This document shows, in pieces, positions 42,234 to 51,608 of a stretch of 64,000 bases of DNA; position 1 is the stretch's first letter, and the number at the start of each line of letters is the position of its first letter. The notes beneath the pieces were generated by a model. The model was given only the letters and a program-made list of their open reading frames with translations, did not search any database and was not told the origin of the DNA. The DNA comes from Sedimentisphaerales bacterium (GTDB taxonomy: Bacteria > Planctomycetota > Phycisphaerae > Sedimentisphaerales > SM23-30): NCBI GenBank assembly GCA_963666285.1, contig OY762711.1. One strand, 5' to 3'. The position numbers were made by a program, and so were the translations under genes.

Positions 42234-43355
42234 TTATATTATTACTGCCTCAAGTGCCTTAGGCACGCATAAGCTTAAAACACTTCTTCCTTTTGACGTT
42301 ACCAACACGTCATCTTCTATTCTTAATCCATATTTATTGGCCGGGTAAATTCCAGGCTCAACAGTTACTACCATCCCCTCTTCAAATACCTCTTCGCTCT
42401 TTGAGCTTATAAACGGCTTTTCATGAACATCCAAACCTATACCATGTCCGGTACCATGCTTATAGCAATCTGAATGACTCTTTAGTATTTCACGTGCCAC
42501 TCTGTCAGGTTCCTTAAGCGAGACTCCCGGAGCAATTGATTCAATTGCCGCCTGCTGAGCTTCCAGCAGCAGTTTGTAATCATTAGCTACTTTTTCCGGA
42601 AGTTTGCCTATGCAAAAGCATCGGGTAAGATCGGAAGTATAACCATTAACATTCGCACCCCAGTCAACTAAAAACGGCTGACCTTTTTTCAACTTCAACA
42701 GACCTGGTTGAGCATGACACTCTGATGCATGTCCGCCAAAAGCTACTATAGTTGGGAATCCAGGCCCATCAGCTCCGTTAACCATCATCCTATATTCAAG
42801 ATAAGCACAAAGCTGCTTCTCTGTAATTCCGGGCGTTACCCAGTTCATTGTCTCAGCTATTGATTGACCGGCAATTTTAACTGCTTTCCTAATACTGGAT
42901 AATTCAATGGAATCTTTAAGAATTCTAAGTTTATCAACCATATGACCAACAGGTTTTATAGCACTGCCAAAATACTTTTTATAGGACTTAAGCAGGGAAA
43001 CAGACAGATATGGGGATTGGATACCAACCTTTAAGCCTTTCAGGTCTTTTTTAGAGCCGTTCTTACCATAAAATACTTTGGCAACGGCTTCCTCCATTGA
43101 AATACCGTCTCTTTCAAACATTTTGACACTCGGACACTGGCGTGCAACCTGAACAACAAACCTGCTGTCTGTTACCAGCACTACCTTTTTGCCATAAACT
43201 ACCAGAACGCTGTCGTCTCCGGTAAACCCTGTCAGATATGACACATCAGGAACATTGGTAACAATCAAAGCATCAAGACATTCGGTCTTAATTGCTTTAC
43301 GGATGCCGTTAACTCTGGCATCTATAATACTTTTCAATTTATTATATTTAGACAT
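42234..43355 (-). CDS. Xaa-Pro peptidase, M24 family
   Basis: 'YLTGFTG', 'DWGA..GYTSDLTR', 'HGTGHGIGLDVHE', 'TVEPGIY...RIEDD'. Confidence 0.93.
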   Translation of the reverse strand: MSKYNKLKSIIDARVNGIRKAIKTECLDALIVTNVPDVSYLTGFTGDDSVLVVYGKKVVLVTDSRFVVQVARQCPSVKMFERDGISMEEAVAKVFYGKNGSKKDLKGLKVGIQSPYLSVSLLKSYKKYFGSAIKPVGHMVDKLRILKDSIELSSIRKAVKIAGQSIAETMNWVTPGITEKQLCAYLEYRMMVNGADGPGFPTIVAFGGHASECHAQPGLLKLKKGQPFLVDWGANVNGYTSDLTRCFCIGKLPEKVANDYKLLLEAQQAAIESIAPGVSLKEPDRVAREILKSHSDCYKHGTGHGIGLDVHEKPFISSKSEEVFEEGMVVTVEPGIYPANKYGLRIEDDVLVTSKGRSVLSLCVPKALEAVII

Positions 43356-43895
43356 AACGCGATATTATAATGACAAAGTACCATACAGGCAAAAGAAAAC
43401 AGAAAATATGATATTACCAAAATTAAATTGCGAATTCTAAAAAAACAAATATTTACCCGTTTTCCATAGAAGTTGCCTCATATTTGAGTAAATTACGTTT
43501 TTTTGCCCTCCTATGATAATCCTCACATCTTAACATACTGTTTTAACAATCGATTAAATCATCAAAATTTGTATTTTCAGAGAAAAAAACCTTAGTTTCA
43601 CCTTGATTAAAACTTGCAGGAGAGACCTCCACAAAACCATATAAACCATTTATTAAAAGATACTTATATGCTCAAAAATTCAACTGGTCATTCATATTAA
43701 AAAAAATAATTCATAAACAATAACCCGGATATTCAAGTTGACAAAAAAGTATCCCGATAGTTAATATAGTTAAACTAGGTAATTTTTTACAGTACGCTAA
43801 AATAGGAAACTTATACTAAGCGATTATATAGGCACCTAAAAGGCAATGTAGCCTTAAATCACTCAACACAAGTTGTAAAAAGGAGCATTTATCTG

Positions 43896-44459
43896 ATGAA
43901 AAACGTTTACTCAACAGGTGAAGCAGCGGAAATTTGCAAAGTTAGTCAGCAAACTATTATTAGATGTTTCGATTCTGGAAGACTTCAAGGTTTCAGGGTT
44001 CCCGGATCTCGATTTAGAAGAATACCAAGAGAAAGTCTGATAAAGTTCATGAAGGACAATGACATTCCACTAGATAACCTGGATTCCGGTCGTCAGAAAA
44101 TTCTGGTCGTTGACGATGATCCTGAAATTGTAGAACTGATGGTAGATGTTTTTGAACGTGATGGGCGTTTCGAGGTTCGTACCGCTGGCAGCGGCTACGA
44201 CGCAGGCGTTATGACACAGGAATTTAGACCTGATTTGATTATACTGGATTACATGCTGCCGGATGTAAACGGCAACATTGTATGTAAAACAATTCGCCAG
44301 AATCCATTGTTCGAACATACTCATATTATTATTGTCAGCGGTGTAGTAAATCAGGATGAAATTGATGAAATGATCAATTTAGGCGCTGATGCATTTATGA
44401 AAAAACCTTTCAGTATTGATGAACTTGTAAATAAAATGGCTGAAATGTTAGGTTTATAG
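43896..44459 (+). CDS. Response regulator with N-terminal excisionase-like HTH
   Basis: 'STGEAAEICKVSQQTIIRCFDSGRLQGFRVPGSRFRRI' plus an intact REC domain (VDDD, LDYMLP, KPF). Confidence 0.92.
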   Translation: MKNVYSTGEAAEICKVSQQTIIRCFDSGRLQGFRVPGSRFRRIPRESLIKFMKDNDIPLDNLDSGRQKILVVDDDPEIVELMVDVFERDGRFEVRTAGSGYDAGVMTQEFRPDLIILDYMLPDVNGNIVCKTIRQNPLFEHTHIIIVSGVVNQDEIDEMINLGADAFMKKPFSIDELVNKMAEMLGL

Positions 44460-44615
44460 CTAAGGCAAAGAAAATGAACCTAATGTACTATATATAATTG
44501 TTATGCAGCTACAGGCATGTGCTATATGTAGCTGTTTCGCAGTTGCAAGTATGCTTATATTGTGTTGCTGTTCTGAAAGTTACTAAATTTTGAATAGAAA
44601 AAAGATGGAGCTACA

Positions 44616-46907
44616 ATGGGATTTCAGACTGAAGAACAATTAAGAAAATCCAAGAACAAAAAAATTGAGCTGGTATTGCACCAGCTGACAAGTCTGCCAA
44701 CGCTTCCTGCGATAGCTGTACGCCTGCTGGAGCTGACAATTCAGGATGACACCCAGGCAAAAGAGGTTGTCACACTGATAGAATCCGATCCATCGCTGGC
44801 ATCGAAGATAATCTCGCTGGCAACTAATGCCGCTACCGGTATAAGCCGTAATAACGCATCGTTGAGCAAGGCGGTGGTTCTGCTGGGATTTGATGCTGTT
44901 CGAAATGCCGTGTTGAGTATAAAGGTATTTGAGACTTTGCAGGAAGCCAGTCCGAATGACATGAGCGTAACCTTCGACTGGTCTGGCTTCTGGAAGCACA
45001 GCATGGCGGTAGCATGTGCGGCCAAACGCATTATCAAACTGCTGAACCCCAAAGTTGACCCTGAAGAAGCATTTATCTGCGGATTACTCCATGATATCGG
45101 TAAACTGGCACTGGTATCTTCTTTGCCAAAGAGCTATTCACGAGTTATCGAACTAACAGAAGCGTCACTGGCTAATATTGCCGATGTAGAAAACAAAATA
45201 CTCGGAGTTGACCATTCTATAGCGGGCAAACGACTGGGCCAGAAATGGAACCTCCCTGAAAGTGTAATCGAGACAATCTGGCTGCACCACAGCTGGATTA
45301 ATGCCCTGCCGGAAGTTTTAACGAACCCGGAAATCGTCCAGTCGGTTCACCTGGCGGATATTATAGCCCGCGAACAGCGAATCGGATATTCCGGCAACCA
45401 CCCTATCGTAGACAGTTCTATGGAAGTGGCAGTTCAGCTGGGCTGTAATCCTGCTGATATCGAAACAATTACCAAGCAGCTGCTGGAAGATATCGGCCAG
45501 AGAGCGGTTATGCTTGGCCTGGAAAATATCGAAACTGAAAACCTCTATCACGAAGCCCTGGCAAGCGCCAACAGCGAACTGGGTAAATTAAATACCAAGT
45601 TAAGCGAGCAAAACCAGAACCTTCGTATAAGAAGCGGCTATTTTGAACTGCTGGCAGATCTGAGCCTGGCATTAAAACCAACTCAAAGCGTGCTTGATGT
45701 ATGCGAGGCGGTGACCAGGCTTTGGGCACAACACCAGAAGCTAAAACGCACCGCAGTATTTCTGCATCATAAAGACTACGATATTATCGAAGGATTTGCG
45801 ATGCTGGAAAGCAGAGATGAAGGACCTACCGCCTTCATGCTTGACTCAAACGAGGTTCCGGAAGATATCATCCAGTTTGAACAGCTGCACCAGGCCGATC
45901 GCAGAAAATTCAGGATCCTTCCGGCAGGTACTACCATGCCATGGTTCTTTGAAAAGGTATGCCCGGTATATGATATGAGTCGGACAATAGCTATCCCATT
46001 GATTATTAATGACAAAGTAGTCGGCGGCATACTATGGGAATCCGATATGGGAACAGATGCATATGCCAACCAGCTGCGTGAGTTGTCGGCACTGGCCAGT
46101 ACAACTGCCCTGGCACTATTGCAGGCAGCATCTCAGAACAGACTGGTAATGATGTGCGAGCAACTGAACCACAGTAACAGACTGCTGCATGATACCCAAA
46201 AAGAGCTGCTCAGCAGCAAAAAACTGGCAGCTGTCGGAGAACTGGCGGCAGGAGCGGCTCATGAGATCAATAACCCGCTGTCTATTATAGTTGGCCGGTC
46301 TGAATGGCTGATGTCAACAGAGGAAGACCCGGAGAAAAAGGATACCCTGCAGAAGATATCTGAAAAAGGAAATATCATAACCGATATAATCACCGAACTA
46401 ATGGAATTTGCCAAACCGGCAACCGCAAACCAGGAAATTACCGAGGTTTCATTTATTATCGAGCAGGCGATAAATAAATACAAAGAAACCGCGGAAAACA
46501 AGAATATTGACATTCAAACAAAGTTTACTCCTAATCTACCCGATATATCAGCAGATAAATCGCAGATTATTTCAGCTTTAGTTGAACTGATTTCAAACGC
46601 AGCCCAATCCTATAACAACGAGGAAGGTACGATAACTGTAGCCACCAACTTTGACGAGCTCGAAGAAAAAGTCGTTATTAGTGTTATTGACCGCGGTTGC
46701 GGGATGGATTCAAAAACATTGGAGAAAGCAACCACCCCGTTCTTCTCAGCTAAAAAAGCCGGTAGAAGACGAGGGCTTGGATTAAGCAAAAGTATTAGAA
46801 ATATTGAGAATAACGGGGGAACGTTAAATCTGTCCAGTAAGCCCGATAACGGCACAATAGCGAAGATTTCTTTTCCACCGGATTATGAAACCGCTAGCTT
46901 AAACTAG
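44616..46907 (+). CDS. HDOD-(GAF-like)-histidine kinase
   Basis: HDOD 'LPTLP...DPSLA...FWKHS...GLLHDIGK', H-box 'AHEINNPL', N/G1/F/G2 boxes. No obvious TM helix. Confidence 0.9.
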   Translation: MGFQTEEQLRKSKNKKIELVLHQLTSLPTLPAIAVRLLELTIQDDTQAKEVVTLIESDPSLASKIISLATNAATGISRNNASLSKAVVLLGFDAVRNAVLSIKVFETLQEASPNDMSVTFDWSGFWKHSMAVACAAKRIIKLLNPKVDPEEAFICGLLHDIGKLALVSSLPKSYSRVIELTEASLANIADVENKILGVDHSIAGKRLGQKWNLPESVIETIWLHHSWINALPEVLTNPEIVQSVHLADIIAREQRIGYSGNHPIVDSSMEVAVQLGCNPADIETITKQLLEDIGQRAVMLGLENIETENLYHEALASANSELGKLNTKLSEQNQNLRIRSGYFELLADLSLALKPTQSVLDVCEAVTRLWAQHQKLKRTAVFLHHKDYDIIEGFAMLESRDEGPTAFMLDSNEVPEDIIQFEQLHQADRRKFRILPAGTTMPWFFEKVCPVYDMSRTIAIPLIINDKVVGGILWESDMGTDAYANQLRELSALASTTALALLQAASQNRLVMMCEQLNHSNRLLHDTQKELLSSKKLAAVGELAAGAAHEINNPLSIIVGRSEWLMSTEEDPEKKDTLQKISEKGNIITDIITELMEFAKPATANQEITEVSFIIEQAINKYKETAENKNIDIQTKFTPNLPDISADKSQIISALVELISNAAQSYNNEEGTITVATNFDELEEKVVISVIDRGCGMDSKTLEKATTPFFSAKKAGRRRGLGLSKSIRNIENNGGTLNLSSKPDNGTIAKISFPPDYETASLN

Positions 46908-46921
46908 CAAGGTATATCACA

Positions 46922-48004
46922 TTGACAACATCGATGAACAATACAATAAAAATATTGTCGCTGCTAGATAAAAATAATTTAGCCGACAGTTTTAGCTGTT
47001 TAATATCAGGGGATGCCAGTTTCACTCTGAGTACAGACGAAGCATTTTTGAATACCGAGGACATGATGTCGCCTTTATATTGGAGGCATATTGGTAATCG
47101 AGGGCAAAATGCTATAATACTGCCGCTATCGAGTGAAGAGCTGGAAGACCTGAAAGACAAGACAAATACAGAAGAGTCAAACATGTTTGACTCTAATCGC
47201 CCGTGGCAATATGTAAATGCCGCGGTGATAGTCGCCCTATCAGGTGATAATATTCATGATGCCGTATTTGCAGCCCAGATGGATTTTGACGGGATAATAG
47301 CGGAGCCGTTTGTTGATGGTCACTTACAAACCATAATCAGAGATGCGATTGACCGTAAGATCCAGAAAAACAAGCTAAATGCCAGGCACCAGAGACTTCA
47401 GCGAGTTATCAAGGTTCTGAATCAAAATCGTCATATTCTGCAGAGCAAGGTTGACCTGCTATGTAACGACCTGGTACAGAGCAACCGGGACATGGCCGGC
47501 CGTATGAAGGAGATGAGCAAGGCCTACGATTTCCAGAAGAACCTGACCGGCGAATTTGACCTTAAGTATATGCTGCAAAAGGCACTAATGCAGATAACCG
47601 GCGAGAAAAAGCATACAAATGCCGCGATCTATTTATGCGAAACTGACAAAATTGAAGTAATGCTGATGGATTCCTGGTTTGACGGCGAGCTTAAGCCGAG
47701 CCAGCTGGAATCATGTCTGCGAAACAGTATAATTCCGGTTACACTTAATGCCGGGGACTCACTTATCATAAACGATGCCGGTAAGTTCAAATGCTTCCCA
47801 GATGATTGCTGTCAGACGCTGAACGGTTTGAGCATGTGCAGTGTGCCTTTGAGCCATAACGGCCATATCGAGGGCATACTGATCCTGTACCGCAGTCAGA
47901 CGATACCATTTGAAAGCCAGATAATAGACGAGCTGGAGCCGATCGTTGCGCCGTTAAGCCGTTCTATAGAAGGACTTCTGAAGCTCCAGGAAATGTTAGC
48001 TTAG
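46922..48004 (+). CDS. Degenerate-receiver / coiled-coil / GAF-like protein
   Basis: REC-like remnant 'DGIIAEPF', coiled coil 'KVDLLCNDLV', GAF-like end 'SMCSVPL..NGHIEGILILYR....F'. Confidence 0.65.
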   Translation: MTTSMNNTIKILSLLDKNNLADSFSCLISGDASFTLSTDEAFLNTEDMMSPLYWRHIGNRGQNAIILPLSSEELEDLKDKTNTEESNMFDSNRPWQYVNAAVIVALSGDNIHDAVFAAQMDFDGIIAEPFVDGHLQTIIRDAIDRKIQKNKLNARHQRLQRVIKVLNQNRHILQSKVDLLCNDLVQSNRDMAGRMKEMSKAYDFQKNLTGEFDLKYMLQKALMQITGEKKHTNAAIYLCETDKIEVMLMDSWFDGELKPSQLESCLRNSIIPVTLNAGDSLIINDAGKFKCFPDDCCQTLNGLSMCSVPLSHNGHIEGILILYRSQTIPFESQIIDELEPIVAPLSRSIEGLLKLQEMLA

Positions 48005-48029
48005 GCAAAGGCAAACCAAGTAAAAAAAC

Positions 48030-48075
48030 TAAGGTGTTCGCATTCGAGGACCTTTTTATTTTACTGACGCAGAAG
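48030..48075 (+). repeat. REP-like unit, family D (may act as terminator)
   Basis: TAAGGTGTTCGCATTCGAGGACCTTTTTATTTTACTGACGCAGAAG. Confidence 0.55.
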
Positions 48076-48561
48076 GCGGCTCAGCTAGCATCGGTAAAAC
48101 CTACTGCCCCCCTATTTTTATTGGTCATACCAAATACAATTTATGGTATCTGCAATTCTATTTATTTTCTACTGTACTAATATTATTACATCTTTCATTT
48201 TCTAAAATTAATACTCTAGTTATGGGCAGTTGAATTGATTCTATATTGCATAAAAACAGATGATACCAATCCAACTTGCGGCGGGTTGAAAACGCAAACG
48301 GAAACCATGCAGCCAGGTAACGGCGAGGCCCGCGGAGCATGCCGGGACAATAAGCGGCATACCAACAAACGAGAACGGCGGCTATAGCAAAGTTAACCGG
48401 AGCAGCGAAGCGGCGTTCCGGGCAACGGAAGGCCACCAACGGCGACGGTACTAACACGGCCGGGCGGGGAAGGCAACGATGGGTAAGCGGAGACATCGCG
48501 GCCGGGCAACGATTTGCCGATAGTTTATGGTTTTATCGCTAAAATCAAAACTGGGCTCACC

Positions 48562-48889
48562 AGATAAATAAAGAGTAAAGTGTAAATTTAAAGGGTAAAA
48601 AAGATGCGAATACAGGTAAAGAGTAAAAGGTAAGAGGTGAGAGGTGAGAGGTAAGAGGTAAAAGGTAAAATTTACTGTTGCTACGCAAACTTATTTTAAA
48701 CGGCTAACGCCGAAGATACCGCTCGTACTATTTTCATTCTCAGTCCCTTCGACGAAGCTCAGGAGTTTCAACGGGGACGGCTAAGCTACCTGCCTGATGC
48801 GATGTTGAGCCAGTTGGAAACTAGATAGATATCCGGCAAAATAAAGACAATATATTTATTGCTCGCAAAGGCCGCAGGGATCGCAAAGA
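48562..48889 (-). repeat. Dispersed repeat family C copy 2 (inverted), with expanded heptamer run and a 19-bp insertion
   Basis: Reverse complement of 24719-24991. (TRARAGG)n run at about 48624-48666. Confidence 0.9.
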
Positions 48890-49142
48890 TTGTAATGAAA
48901 AACTCAAAAATTAATACACCAACCTCTAAAAATTACTGAAAGCACAAAAAACGCGAAAAGAAATACTTACCCGCAGAATCTCGCTGATATTCGCAGGATG
49001 ATCATGAGATAAAACGGCTGCAATAATTATATCTTGCATTTAAGTAGTATTTTTACTTATACTAAAAGTTGGATTTCGTATTATGTGAATGTTAAATTGG
49101 ATAAGGTGATACATGAATAAGTTTTTGTCTGGAGAAATCAAA

Positions 49143-49898
49143 ATGAATATTAATTATCGTTTAGTCTCAATACTTTTACTTGTTTTGTTTCAAAATATTA
49201 GTTTAGCTTCTATATGGTCAGACTATATATGGATAAACGATGATAAAACTATAATATCAGATACTTATGCAGATTATGATATTTATTTAGGGTATGTAAG
49301 CAATTACGATATAGACCGGCTTGTTATCCCCCTGGAAAATATTGGAGAAGATGCAACTATTAGTTCTATTGAATCTTCACAGTACTCATCTATGCTGCAT
49401 ATATATTCTGGCAGTATGCCAAAACGAGGTGAACATTTTCAATTGACTGCACCTTCAGCAGAACTATATGTGCTATATGATTCTGAATTTCAAATAATTG
49501 GAACATACTCAAGCATGTTAGATGCTAGTGTTATTGCATATGCTGGAGAAACATATGAAATAGGTCCGGGCCAGGAGGTTGAATTAATTGGGTACCAGTT
49601 TAATAATCCCGGCTATACACATTGGGTATCAGGAGCTGATTATTCCAGGAAATGCGATAGTGGTTGGAATATCAATGGAAAGCCTGTTCCGCAAAATGTG
49701 ACATATGAGTATTTAACTGATACTCTTGGTTTAACTAATGGAACATACGAATTAGAGCTATATGTAGAATGGTATTATGGAGGCGAAGATCAGCTTGTGT
49801 TTTGGGATACAGATACCACTACGATTACTATTGTACCTGAACCGGTATCGATTATTTCATTAGGTCTTGGGGGTGTTATTCTTATCAGAAAAAAATAG
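49143..49898 (+). CDS. PEP-CTERM sorting-domain protein
   Basis: Signal peptide and C-terminus 'IVPEPVSIISLGLGGVILIRKK'. Confidence 0.88.
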   Translation: MNINYRLVSILLLVLFQNISLASIWSDYIWINDDKTIISDTYADYDIYLGYVSNYDIDRLVIPLENIGEDATISSIESSQYSSMLHIYSGSMPKRGEHFQLTAPSAELYVLYDSEFQIIGTYSSMLDASVIAYAGETYEIGPGQEVELIGYQFNNPGYTHWVSGADYSRKCDSGWNINGKPVPQNVTYEYLTDTLGLTNGTYELELYVEWYYGGEDQLVFWDTDTTTITIVPEPVSIISLGLGGVILIRKK

Positions 49899-50125
49899 AA
49901 CAGCAAACAGCTGTCAGCTATCAGCAGCGAGCGACCTGCAGCCAGCAGGCAGAAAAACACTGATAAACTTAAGACGGACAAGTGAGCAACCTAAGTAAGG
50001 TATCAGGTAACAAGTATTTGGTATCAGGCAAGAAAACGCCTTCGGCGATACTAATTTATTGTTAGCTGACGCAGAAGTTGTATGCAATTACAATCAATGC
50101 AATTATATAATATTTCACAGAGTAC

Positions 50126-50353
50126 GCTTTCGTACTTTTGACTGTTCAACATTATACGCAAAGGCCGAAACAGGGCCAATTAAGTGAAAAATGAATAATG
50201 AAAAGTGAAAAATTCAGGTGTCCCGATGTACGTTGACATCAGGAATAATTCACTATCGTCTCACGCTTTGTTTAAAAATAAGCGTTGCAGGAAGGCCCTT
50301 GTTGGCAATTTACCAGAGGCACTTCGTTATTGCAACTTGAAAAGTGCGAAAGT
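50126..50353 (+). mobile_element. TIR-bounded composite repeat, family B copy 2
   Basis: Ends CTTTCGTACTTTT ... AAAAGTGCGAAAG. Confidence 0.75.
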
Positions 50354-50450
50354 AAACAACAGATAATATAAATGAAAATGCTACTTAAAAAATAAAGTGT
50401 CAAATGATAGTAGTACGAATGTACGCGGATTAAATTTTCCAGAGAAATCT

Positions 50451-50870
50451 TTAAAGTTTCATAACAAGTTCAGGATGTCCGGTATGATTATCTATTTGTT
50501 CCTTTTCAATTTGAAACCCGCATTTTTTATAGAACTCGATACTGTTTATATTTTGCTTATAGACAGTCAGAGATATCTCTTTTCGAAGCTCTTTAACTTT
50601 TCTGATAAGCTGTTTTCCAATACCATTTCCCTGGAATTCAGGCGAAACAAAAAGTGCCGCTAGAATATCATTGTTAAGAGAAAAGAACCCTTTTACGACT
50701 TCACCTTCTTCGAAAATATAAGTTTCACCCGAAGGAATATATACGTTTCTCATATCCTCAATCTTTGACTCCCAAAAGGCGGCAGAAATGAAAACATGAG
50801 CTTTAATGGAAGCTTTTAGCCAAATATCAAGAACCTGGCCCATATCATTTTTCGAAAATTTTCTAATCAT
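50451..50870 (-). CDS. GNAT N-acetyltransferase (YiaC/YjaB-like)
   Basis: 'IWLKASIKAHVFI...ALFVSPEFQGNGIGKQL...VYKQN..SIEFYKKCGF'. Confidence 0.9.
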   Translation of the reverse strand: MIRKFSKNDMGQVLDIWLKASIKAHVFISAAFWESKIEDMRNVYIPSGETYIFEEGEVVKGFFSLNNDILAALFVSPEFQGNGIGKQLIRKVKELRKEISLTVYKQNINSIEFYKKCGFQIEKEQIDNHTGHPELVMKL

Positions 50871-50987
50871 GAAATACCTTATCTTTCTTGAAAAGGAATT
50901 GTACCGCAATTCTTCACATCAATCAACAGAACAAACTCACAGTTAGAATAATTCAAGATACCAGAGTTAGAAAATTGAAGCTCTTAA

Positions 50988-51166
50988 GAGTGCGGTTTAT
51001 GCTTCGCATCATATGCATGACGCACTTTTGACTGTTCAACATTATACGCAAAGAAAGGTATTCGACTATTGTCTCATGCTTAGTTTAAAAAAAAGTGTTT
51101 CAGGAAGGCCCTTTTAGACGATTTACCAAAGGCACTTCGTTATTGCAACTCAAAAATTGCGAAAGT
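50988..51166 (+). mobile_element. Family B copy 3 (internally shortened)
   Basis: Shares ACTTTTGACTGTTCAACATTATACGCAAAG and GGCACTTCGTTATTGCAACT with copy 2. Confidence 0.75.
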
Positions 51167-51608
51167 AAATTTAGATATACTGACAACTATTATATACGTC
51201 TTGGCGAATGTTTCATTTTTTGTGCTTGATTTTGAAATGGCATATCGGGACGGGAGATAAGCGAGCAGCGGCGAGCAGACAGGAAATAGAGGATAAAGGG
51301 AAAGGGAAATCCGGATAATAAAGAAGGCTGATATGCCAATGAAAATCTCCCAGATTAACATTTCAATTACCTAGGTTTCATATGCGAAACTGGCGGCTTC
51401 GATTTGTTATGAAAAACAGGAAATAGTTGAATTTTCTTGACCTGCCAGATTCGAATTTGATAAAATGCGGCATTAAAGCATAGTGAGGAGAAAACGTTGA
51501 GAGAATGTCAAATCAGAACTCATTTCAACTTCTCAATGAATTATTTATGTTGTGAAATAATAAGTGACAGGTTTTGTGTATATTAATTTATTTTGGAGGT
51601 ACGAATAG

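Noticed and set aside
48004..48060. c-di-GMP-I riboswitch (GGCAAACC)
   Set aside because: The downstream GACGCAAA and P2 elements are missing, and it lies just after a stop codon.
48260..48530. DGR template repeat (AAC-rich)
   Set aside because: No reverse transcriptase and no matching variable repeat in any gene in the window.
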